From Sphaerodactylus townsendi (lineage: Eukaryota), in NCBI RefSeq assembly GCF_021028975.2, contig NC_059426.1:116932001-116996000 (forward strand): a DNA stretch of 64,000 bases. The letters are read 5' to 3'. The notes under the pieces are model-generated. The model saw only the letters and a list, made by a program, of their open reading frames with translations. It was not told the DNA's origin and did no database searches. Shown here piece after piece: positions 1 through 12,100 of this stretch (positions are counted from its first letter, which is position 1; the number at the start of each line of letters is the position of its first letter). The position numbers were made by a program, and so were the translations under genes.

Positions 1-54
1 ATCTCCCCTTCTTCAATAACAAACAAAACACACACACAACTTGACCCAACATAC

Positions 55-198
55 CAAAGCACTTGCTCAGATTGGTCTGCTTGTCAATGAAAACCTTGGC
101 AGAGACAACATTTCCAAATGGCATGAACATCTGAAGCAGGTCTTGGTCCCCAAACTCCTGGGGGAGGTGGTAGATGAAAAGATTGGCTCCCTCTGGAC
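55..198 (-). CDS. CELF1: CELF1 exon, RRM3 N-terminal part ([48 protein letters not shown])
   Basis: Manual translation; ag| acceptor at 199-200, |gtatgt donor at 54. Confidence 0.95.
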
Positions 199-3100
199 CT
201 TCAACACATTCATTTAGAAACAAGCTCAACAAAAACATAATTCCTTTGGCTTTCACCAATTCATAACATTGCCCATACTTGAATCTTAAAACAACTCTGT
301 GCTGGATTCTAGAGACCACTAAGACTTACTCAATTCAAATTCTGCTAGAGAAAAGGCAGGCAATTTCCAGTCCTAACACAACACTAAACCACATGCCTTG
401 ATTGATATGAATCAAAATGTGGCTTTTCCTTGACTGCTTCTCCAATTATTTTCCAATGAAATCATCACTGGTTCATTATAACTGTTGCTAACTGGAGAAT
501 ATGAGATACAGAAACAAAGCTTAATGTACTGGCAAAGGCAATACTGGTGTCTAAGTAGGAAAAAGTCGTATATGAAAATAAAGGTGAAAGGATGCGTGCA
601 ATATCAGTTCCTGTGCTTCAAATCACCTCAAGTCAATCAGTGCTGCATTCATCACCAGGTCTCGATGCTTAGTACATAAGTTTGTTTACGTTCTTTGTAA
701 TAGCAAATATCTGATAAAAACTAATAGAATTAACCGGTTCTGGTGGGTTTTCCGGGCTGTGTGGCCGTGGTCTGGTGGATCTTGTTCCTAACGTTTTGCC
801 TGCATCTGTGGCTGGCAACTTCAGAGGTGTATCACAGAGGGAAGTCTGTTACACACTGTGTGTAACAATACATTAAGTCTTCAACAATACATTAATAGAA
901 TTAATCTAAGCTAAGAAGCTATAGCTACCTCAACCACAAAATTACTAAGTGGCCTTAGGTAAGCTGCTATTGCTCTCAACCTTAAGACCGCACCCCACCA
1001 AGGATAACACTGGCCTTGTCACAAGGGTTGTCACAAGGGTTATGAAGAATGTGCATGACATGCTTTACACACCTCTGTGAAAAATTGTGCTCAAGAAAAT
1101 GCTCTGTGGACTGCACAATGTGTAAAGGATACCCACATACCACCACTACTTCCCACCTACCTTCCTTTTGACTTCCTGCTGCACCAATACTCTGCTGTGT
1201 TAACAGACTCTGGTTATAGAGTGTGGGCAATGCAGCAGCAGCATACTGCTGAATCCCAGAGTAGGCCTGAGATAGGGCCTCCATTGTGCTGCCTGTGCCA
1301 TTTGAAAGGCCACTACTGCCCAGTCCACCATTTAAGGCTGCCATTCCTATGCATGAAAACAGAACAGGAATTAATACATAATTGACTTAAACAGTTTTTG
1401 CTGAAATCTTTGTTATTGAAGAGACATCTTGGAGAATCCCCCCAAAATGGCTCATGCTAAAAACATTTTCTCTTCCATTCATCTTAAACTAACCTGCTAA
1501 AGAGCCAACGTTGAGACCTGCAGTAGCCCCTGCTAGTGTTTGCAGTGCTCCAAGCGAAGCCATTGGGTTAACAGATGAACTGCTATTGGAACTGGGGGAT
1601 GAACCTGCTATTAAAATGGAAGAGTTAAACACCACAAACAGCTTCCAACAGTAATGATACTCTTTAATAACCTTCAATGAAAGCAACAGGAATTCTTCCC
1701 ACTCCTGCTGCTCCAAGTGGTTTGGACAACTATGCCAAGAATTCTTCTAACCTACATTACAGGACTGTTGTAATGATAAAATTGGGAGCACATATAACAA
1801 CTAGAGCTCCTTGGAGGACAGGTGGGTTTAAAATAAAACAGAATATGTATATTTGGAATCTGTATTAACTCAGAATATTCTAATTACAATCTACTTCATT
1901 ATATACTACTCAATTTGAGTTCATTGGTGCCAGTTATTTGTCTGAATGCCAGTGTGCAAGTAATAATTGCTTCTATATTTATGGATCAAAAGCAACTATT
2001 TTATATTGCAGGAGAATTGCTTCAAATGAATAAAAGGTTTTTCCTCACCAAGTTAGCAGTGGCATAAAAACAAAATTTCTTCTAATAATAAGAGTTTCCC
2101 CAACATGCAATTCCTATTGTAAGAGCCAAAGTGAGGAGAACTCTCTTGAGTTGACAGGATTCAACACCCTGTCTCATTAGGGTTTTACTCTTAGACACAA
2201 GGAAGTTGATTTGACAAGAATTTGTACCAGGCTACAGTATTCTTTTGACATTCACATTATCTACTCATATTTTCTCACTGAAGAAACATTCTTAATTATA
2301 ATCCTAACAGGAATTTAGTTTGAAACAAGACCAGTCTGCTCCCATTTTAGTGACAAAGTGTAATTTAGCAGCCACAGAAAATGTCTGAATATATATTGTC
2401 TCCCCAACATAGCCTCCAATTATGTAAATCCCAACCATAGCCTCCAATTATGCAAATCAAGTGGGAAAGCAGGAAGAAGATTCTCAAAGGCTCAAAATAT
2501 CATTACATATGGGAAAAAACATGAAAAACAATGTTCTTCTGCTGAAATCTAGCGTCACACTTTGGCATGTAAAAAAGACCTTTTGATGGCCCTAATTAAG
2601 TTTATTTATTTAAAACATTTTATGCCACTTTTCCAACCAATCAAGGCCTTGACGGCAGCAAGCATAAAAACATGAGAATCATTAAAAACATTTAAAATTT
2701 AAAAATAAATAATTTAATAATGGTGGAAGACACAGACAGAGGAAGACAGACAAATTTTCCTATGGAGGCAGTCCCTACGTTTTGGTTTTGTGACCAAGAA
2801 AGTCCCTTCTTGTGGTCCCACCTTCACCAGCCTTGGAGGGGGCAACCAAAGCAGGGCCCCCAAAAATGAACAAAGTGTATAGATAGGTTCATATGGGTTA
2901 AGGTGGTTCTTCAGGTATGTTGGTTTCTGCCCATACAGGGCTTTATTATTATTATTTATTATATTTCATAGACTGCCCAATCCCCGGAGGGCTCTGGGCG
3001 GTGTACAACAACAACACAATAATCAACAAAACCGAAGATTGGGGGTGGAGGGGGCAGATAAAGGTAGGATATCAGGTGAGTGGGAAGGAGAGAAGGAAGT

Positions 3101-6100
3101 TGGGAAATGGGAGAGGCTATGAGAGCTGCCAGGCAAAAGAAAGAGGAAAGGAGAGGAGAGGGGAAAATGAGATGCCCCCTGCAAGTTTTTGCAGGCCTTC
3201 TGCTTGTTCAGTACTATTATCCTGAAAAATGTCTCTTTTACCTGAACTGGTGAGTACACTGAGAGGACTGTTGGAAGAATTGAGTGCAGTGGTACCACTG
3301 GGCGTATTCTGAGCAGCAGTTGCTGCAGCTGCAAGTGCTGCTAGGTTCTGTAACTGCATCGCATTCAGTCCTGTAAGACATAATACAAATTGGACTGAAG
3401 TCTTAATACAAATTGGACTGAAATGTGAAATGGCTATTACGGAAGATTTCATATGTCTTCACAATATACCGGCAGAGGCAGCTAGGACCCCGGGGGAACC
3501 CTGGATTACAATTCCTGGTAGGAGGTTGAGACGAAGGCGGGATAGAAGGAGGAAGAGAGGGCGCCGGGCTGGTGTTTTTACTAAGCTGGGAAGGTGTAGT
3601 TTCAAGTCTGCACTTCCAAGCATTTTTCTTACTAATGCACGATCTCTTAGCAACAAAATGGATGAATTAAGGCTACAAATTGTGAAGAGCAGATTTGGCA
3701 AGAACAGCTGTGTTTTATTAATTACAGAAACCTGGCTTCACTCACACATTCCCGATTCAGCAGTTGAACTATCTGGTTTCACTTCTTTCCGGCAGGACAG
3801 AAGTAGTAAAGATTCTGGGAAGCATAAAGGAGGGGGTTTAAATCTCTATGTGAACAAAAGCTGGTGCACTAATGCAAGCATCACAGGGGTCACTGCTCAA
3901 GGGATTTGGAAAGTATGACTATTAGATGCAGACCCATATATCTGCCACGGGAGTTTAGTGTGGTTATCATCATTGCAGTATACATTCCACCTGATGCTAA
4001 TGCTGCCATAGCTTTGAGCTCTCTGTATAACATTGTTGAAAACCAGCAGAAAAAGCATCCTGATGCTGTGCTCATTATAGGAGGAGACTTTAATCATACT
4101 AATTTAAAACAGTGCTCCCTAAACTCTACCAGCATGTCAGGTGCCCCACTAGAGGAGCCAATACATTGGATAAAGTGTATACCATCATCAAGGATGCCTT
4201 ACAAGGTGATACAGTTACCACACTTGGAGTCAGTCAGACCATTTATCACTGTTTCTGGCACCAGCATATATTCCACTTGGGAGGTGAGGGTGTTGCCTGT
4301 AATAAAGACTGTAAAATCCTGGCCTGATGATGCCTCTAAACTACTTCAAGATTGTTTTTGAGACAACAAATTGGGATGTTTTCTACCACACCCAGATCTG
4401 GAGGAGTATACCACTGCTGTTCTGAGTTATATCACCCACTGCACAGACACTCTTACTGTGTATAAGCGCATCCGATTTACTCCAACCATAAAACCCTGGA
4501 TGACAAAGGGAGGTTCAGCGACTTTTGCCTGACAGGAATATTGCTTTCAGAGCTGGTGATGAGGCAACGTAGAGTGCGGCGAGAGCCAGTCTCAAGAGAG
4601 GCATTACGACAAGCCAAGATGAGTTATAAGAGAAAAATTGAAGATTATTTTAATAATAACAACATGAGGCAGGTGTGGCAGGGAATTCAACAAATTACCA
4701 ACCATAAACCAAACAATGACATTTCTGTGGATGGGGATTCTTCTCTGGCGGAGGAGCTAAATCACTTTGCCCGCTTTGAAACAGGTCTATCAGAAGGAGA
4801 TGACACACAGCCACCAGGTGATTGCAGCTCACACCTCACTGTGGAGGAACATGAGGTGAGGCAAGTTTTGAGGGCTGTGAATCCAAGGAAGGCTGCTGGA
4901 CCGGATGGTATTCCCGGTCGGGTGTTAAAGGAATGCGCTAACCAACTGGCTGGTGTTTTTACTGGGATCTTTAATCGATCTTTATCCCAGTCCACCATTC
5001 CATCTTGTTTGAAAGCTTCCACCATTGTTCCACTACCAAAGAGATTTCCTGCTGACAATCTTCAGGATTATAGACCAGTGGCACTCACCCCATCATCATG
5101 AAGTGTTTTGAAAAACTGGTCAATAGGCATAATAGTTCTCGCCTTTCAGATACATTTGATAAACATCAGTTAGCATATCGGACAAACAGATCTACGGAGG
5201 GCGCCATTGCCATTAGCCTCCACACAGCTTTGGCAGCATCTGGAACAGCAGGGGAATTATGTGCGAATGCTCTTTCTTGGGACTTTAGTTCCGCATTTAA
5301 TACAATCTCGCCACAAAGACTGGTGACAAAACTTGTGGATCTTGGACTCTCACATTCAATCTGTTTGTGGATTAGGGACTTCTTGTCTGGGCGTTCCCAG
5401 AGGGTTAGACTGGGAAATCGGGTTTCCTCAGTTCTTACTCTAAATATGGGAACGCCACAGGGCTGTGTGTTGAGCCCTTTACTGTTCACCGCTTTATACA
5501 TATGATTGTACTCCTGTCTATCATAGTAACACCATTATCAAATTTGCTGATGACACAACGGTGGTGGGGCTCATCTCTGGAGGGGATGAGTCTGCCTATC
5601 GGAATGAAGTGGACCGACTGCTCTCATGGTGCAGGGAAAATAACCTGGTTCTTAACACTAACAAGACAAAGGAGCTCATAGTGGACTATAGAAGGAATAG
5701 CTCAGAAATTCAGCCACTTGACTATAAATGGAGATCAAGTGGAAGCGGGTGGCTAGTTTTAAATTCCTGGGCGTTATGATTAAAGAGGATTTGACCTGGG
5801 GAGTACAGACTACCGCGGTGGTTAAGAGAAAGCCCAGCAAAGACTGTACTTTCTGAGACTTTTAAGGAAGCAACAACTAGATGGAAAACTTCTGGTGTGC
5901 TATAGAGAGTGTCCTAACCTACTGCATCTGTGTATGGTTCTCCAGTTGCACAGTGGCGAATAGGAAGGCGCTCCAAAGGGTGATCAATACTGCACAAAGG
6001 ATTATCGGCTGCCCTCTCCCCTCCTTGGAAGAAATCTATAATGCCCGAAGTCTAAATAAAGCCCAAAATATTCTAAGGGACCCGTCTCATCCAGCACACT

Positions 6101-9100
6101 CTCTTTTTTAAACTGCTACCATCTGGCAGACGATACAGGGCCCTCAGAACTAGGACAAAGAGGCTTAGAGACAGCTTCTACTCTAGAGCTGTGGCTATGC
6201 TAAACTCCGCTGCTTCATATTGATGTATTTGGGGCTATGTAGGGATGGGTGGAGGATGATGATGTATGAGTCTGAAATTGCATGAGTCTGAAATTGTATG
6301 AGTCTGAAATTGTGTGCATCGAGGAATGCTGCTGTAAATTTCGTTGTGCGTGCACAATGACAATAAAATGCTTATGCTTATGCTTATAAATAATGTATAG
6401 CATATCTGTTCCTATACCACTATCCAGAGGTCCTCAGAAGTCTTTTTATATTTTCAGCATCATTCGATAATTACTTTATGTAGCAAGTGTTTATAGTTTG
6501 ATCCCCACAAACCTGAGGCAAGAGCAAATATTTTCTAAAGCTTCTGCCATGATAGGTTATCAGAACCTATCTAAATATGGTGATTATGTTCCTGTAGTGC
6601 TCAACCACAGAAGTGTTTTAACCTGTCCCAAAGTTTACGGAATTTTACCCACCCATACTTAGACCAAACTACAACTGAAAATGTCAAAATTACATTTTAC
6701 ATCTGTAAAACTTCCACATATTCAGACTGACTGATAACAGGAAGACCCAGAATCCTTACTAGTTGGGAAAGGAGAAGCTGTGATGTACTACCATCAGCCT
6801 GATCCTTCCCTTCCCCCAGCCTCGTAAAGAAGAGCCTATTTTTAAACCTTGCTATTTATCTAGACTATTCTCATGCCTCTTCAGAATCCTGTTCAAAGCA
6901 GCTTACAATTAAAGACCACAGTGCAACCCACAAGCCATCAAAAACACAAGCAAAAAAGCTGTCCCTAAAACAAAGCAGACCTTTAAGAAACTGATAAGAT
7001 AAGTCCCTAATTAAAAGCCTGGCCAAAAATATGCGTTTTAGCCTGAAACCTACAAGAAAGTAAAGTAGGTGTCTGGTGAGTCTCAAGGGGAAGGGCATTC
7101 TAAAAGGTGAGGTGCCACCTCAGAAGATACCCTGTCTCTAGCTGCTATCCACCTCACCTCTGAAGTTGTGTGTGTTTGGGGGGGGGGATGACAGAAAGCA
7201 GGGCAGATTTTAATCACTGGGCTGGAAAGTATGGGAAGAGACAGTCCCTAAGGTATCCTGGCACCGTCTACAGCAGGGGTAGGGAACCTGCGGCTCTCCA
7301 GATGTTCAGGAACTACAATTCCCATCAGCCCCTACCAGCATGGCCAATTGGCCATGCTGACAGAGGCTGATGGGAATTGTAGTTCCTGAACATCTGGAGA
7401 GCTGTAGGTTCCCTACCCCTGGTCTACAGCCTTAAAGGTAAGGATTGTACCCAAAAGTAGATCCATAGCCTCTCCAGATCATTCAGAACAGGATTGATAT
7501 GATCCTTGTAACCATCCTGACAGTAACATGACTGTTGCAGTTTTGATAAAATGAAGTTTCCAAACTGTTTTCGAAGTACTGCATATCACAGAATCTAGAA
7601 TAGATCACTGTAGCCAAATCATTTTTTCAATGAACAGCTGCAGCTGACAAAACATGCTAATGTCCCACAGAGGAAACTGGAGCCTCCAACCATAAGCCAG
7701 GATTTAGAAGCACCCAAAGTTACAACCTTGCTCCCCTCCCCACCCTGCCACACAGGTTGGCTCTGCAATCTTTGACCAATTTCAGCATTGACCTACACCA
7801 CCTCAGCCTTGTTTGGATTGAGCTTCAGTTTATTGGTCCTCATCCATCCCATTACCTTATCCGGGCACCTATTCAAGACTTCCAAAGACCCACTTAGCTT
7901 AGCTGTTAAAGAGAAACAGAGCTGGGCATCATTCACATATTGGTGGCATCTCACTTCAAATCCCTGGATGACATCTCCCAGAGTTTTCATTTGGATATTA
8001 GACAGCATGAGAACAAGATGGAACCCTGAAGGATCCCACAACTTAAACCACATGGAACTGAGCAGCAGGTCTTGAGTTCCACCTTCTGGAATTGGCTGGT
8101 TAAGTAAGAGTAGAACCATTGAAGCATGATGACTCTACTCCCAGCCCAGCCAGACCATTTCTATGTAGCTTCTACCCACTGGAGAATCTTGCCCAAGGAT
8201 GGGATATTAGGCACTATGCTGTCTTTGTATAGGCCATTCTGGGTCTAAGATGCCTTCTTCAAGAAGTGTCTCAAACACATCTCTTTCAAAGTGGTAGGAA
8301 CCACACTATCCCACAGAGAGGTGTTTATTATGTCCTGGACCCACTAAACCAACCCAGCTTCTTCTTTTTTATAACGTGATGCCCTCCAGTAACCAATGGA
8401 AAGCCAATATTATGAAAATCTAATACTTTACAAGGACAGTGAGGGATAGTCTGTAAAATAAATACAAATCAGAGGTGCCTGAGAATAAGGGACACAATTT
8501 AAAGTTAACTAATTGCAACTTTCCCCCCTACATTTATCTATTTAAATCACCTTCTGAAAAGATCTGATGAAAATTGACTAAGTCCCCAAAAGAATAGCGA
8601 GGCACTACAGAGAGAGAAAGTAAAAAGTTAACTCTAGACTCCTGCCTTTAGGCAACTGAGATTAAGTATTACTAACATTAGTATATCACACCACACTCTT
8701 GATAGCTTTCTTTATTGATTACCATCATCATTTGTTACCGATCCTACTTTCAGATCTGTGTGTGTGTGTGTGGTAGTGATGGTGGTGGAGTAGGACTTAC
8801 CTCCCATTGGGTGGAGGCTGCCCAGTGTGTTCAGATTTCCAGAGGAGGCGGCTGCTGTCTGCTGAAGGAGCTGTAAATAAAGCTAGACATTACACCAAAA
8901 ACAGAACAAGAGTGAGAATGAGGGCTGGCTCCACTTATGGGAGAGACTGTACCACACCACAGCCAAGGTGCTGTTATAACAAGAAATCCTGATGACTACA
9001 TCATGACACCATCCTACACACACATGTACACAGGTATTAAATATTGTAGTAGAAGGAAAACAGCTGGTTTGTCCATACAACTTCTAGGAGACATTTGAAT

Positions 9101-12100
9101 TACATCAGATGTTGCATTGCTTAACTGTAGAAAAAATGCCCCATGCTACAGAAAACTGCTACATACACTGCAGTTCCTTTTCTCATTTATGCTAGAAACT
9201 GCAGAAATTCAGGGAGCACAGGCAAACTTTGAACATTTATAACTCATCAATACACCCAAACACTACTTTAGAAAAGGCCTGGAGTTTTCTAATGGAGCCT
9301 AAGCAGGAGGACACTTGTATGAGAAACCACAGCTGCGGGTAAAATAGTTAGGAAGATATTCTACTCAGCAACTGCCAAGAAAACTCACTGCTAAGTACTG
9401 GGGTCCAAGTGTGTTCAATCCAGCTAGGTTTCCCCAAACGGAGGCAGCACTGATTTGCTGCATCTGCTGCTGGAGCTGTTGTGCAATTCGTTTTTGTTCT
9501 TTGTCTTTCTGGGTATCCGCAAATTTCACTACGATGGGAGAAGAGCAGCCCTGAAATATCAATTCACAGACATTAAATTCTTATGGACCACCCACCAATT
9601 ACAGAAACCCACCTCCTATACTTTTCAGAACTGGGATGCTCCTAATCAATCACCCAGCCTCCAGAGGACTCTCAATTCATTTTCACTAATTTGAACTTCA
9701 TGTATCCTATCTATTTTCTCATTATCTATTTCTCATTTTCTCATGTGATTGTGAGACGGTGGTTGAAAACAAAGGATGACATCACAACACCTGGAAAACT
9801 AAGGAGGAACGACAGATGTCCAACACTGGCCTGCACAGAATCCAAAAGGCCTGTGAATGTCCAACATTCCACCCAGTCATTCAAAGTGATGTTTCTTACC
9901 TCCATGGTCTGCGCTTGGTGCATTGCTTTGATTGCTGTTTGTGCCATACCTCTCATTGTAAAAGTTACAAAAGCACAACCTGAAAAAAGATAACATGATC
10001 ACATTTATGCACCAGGTCGGTCCCAGTAATGGAAGTTGGACAGGTGAGAGAGACTGCTGGTAGCAGAGATTCCCAGCTCCCAATTAGATGTCAGGTAAAG
10101 AGACAGAAATTCATAAACCTGCAGTCCATCCTCACCTCGACTTAAGCCGTCTGGACCCCGTAAAATTCTGCATTCTTCAATCTGTCCAAATGGGGAAAAC
10201 ATCACTCGGATATCATTTTCATTGCACTTCTTTGAGATCATCCCAATGAACAGTTTTCTATCTTCCACGGCTAAAAAAAGAAAGGAAAAAACCGTCTTAA
10301 TGATGAAGGAACATCGACTAAGGAATTAAACAGATTAATTCAGAAACTTGTTTACCTGCCAGAGAATATTCCAAAATCAGACAAGTGATTATTTCAAATC
10401 AAAAACTCTAGGAAGTTTACTGTCACCAAGCACCATTTTTTTAAAGAAAAGTTACAAATAACAATTGTATTTTATAAATATAGATTGTTTTAATCAGTGT
10501 GGAGATTTGCTAATACATTCCTTCAAGACTTCTTGTATATGATGTTAAATGTCTGCTATGATCATTTTCATTACGTGACTTTAAATCTTCGTACACTTCT
10601 ATAAACAATTTTACTGGAGTAACTGTTCATAAATATTATTACATATTAAAATCCTCACAATACAAGATGGCTAAGAAGCCTACCCTGCAAACACAACACG
10701 TTAATTTCCACTTGAAAAAACTGACAGCAGTCCAGTATCATAAATATTTCACTTCTGATTTAAAAGAAGGGGATGTTTACATCAGCAGAAGGGGGAATTG
10801 TCTGATAGGAAAAGTGTGAATGGTACATATCTTTGTATACGATAGGGATATACAGCAGGCAATTGACAGACATCCTGCTGCAAGGTTCACAGCATCAGCC
10901 TGCATTATTTCCCATTCCAAACCTGGGAAGGCACAAGAAAATGTGGCAAATATTTCCACTTTAGTTAGTAAGAAGGAGTCCTTCTAGCTGCTAGCTCTGC
11001 CTCATTCATGAAGGCTTGACTGTTTTTTGGTGAGAGTGGAGTTAAGAGGTCATGCCCTTATTGAATGAAGGTACAGGAGGATGCTGTTCCCTGCTTTAGG
11101 GAGAGACTGGTACATCTGGCTTCACCAGCAACCGATTAGCAGCTACCTGGTCATGAAGAACTTTCTATTTTATTTGATTTAATATCCCGTCTTCCCTGGC
11201 TTGAGGCTGGGCTCAGGGTGGCAGACACAAACATTTTAAAACAATGATAATATTACAATTAATAAATTGAAATCCTCCAGTATACCATAAATACAAAGAC
11301 AGCGACTTAACCAGTCCATCAGTTCCACTGTCACTGTGAATCTAACACTTATGGGTGAGAGAGGAGGGGGTGTAAATTCCAGCCACGGCCCCAAAATGGA
11401 TAATTTTCTTACTGGAATTCCTGTGAGCCACTTTCTTAAAAATGTATCAGTGACTCACAAATCCCTTTAGCATCCTCTCTCTTTGGCTTCCCAAGACCTG
11501 ACATATGAACAGTATTATAATCTTTCCTCCTTCATCTCATTGCCTTGAGAACTGCAGATGAAATTGAGACAGGGTTTTTTTCAATATGAGGTTAAGGCAA
11601 TTTAGTTCCACACCAGGGATAAAGATGGTGTTCTCCTTGAAACAAACTCTCCCCATTTGCTCAACATGGCTTCAACATGAGGGAGGGAGGGATCGAGATC
11701 AATGCCTTAGTGACAATGCTCATATCCTGAAAGCTGAGTTTTTTCTACAGCACAGGCAAGGGCCATGGAACTCCCTTCCCAAAAGAGGAATACCTTCATC
11801 CTCATTTAGCACAGATTATATTTTTCAAAGATCACAAATTAAAAGTTGCTTATATTAATCTGAAATACATGTCTATGCATAATTATTTTCTACCTGTAGG
11901 CTATATACTTTTTATATTTTGGCTGTTTGATTCTTTTTGAAGAAATATGCGATGTTTTAATATATGCTGTGCTGAAGATCATTTTTTGATGGAAGAACAG
12001 GATATGTGCCATGATAAGTAAGGTTCAAAAGAGCAGGGACTATTCAGAGGGTAAAAGGTACGTGGGATGCCTTGGTACCCACATAGATGAGGCGGAAAAA

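Noticed and set aside
2402-2460. Short local tandem duplications (also ~6266-6312, ~46701-46760, ~47970-48006)
   Set aside because: Two- or three-copy slippage duplications without unique spacers; not CRISPR-like and no sign of function.
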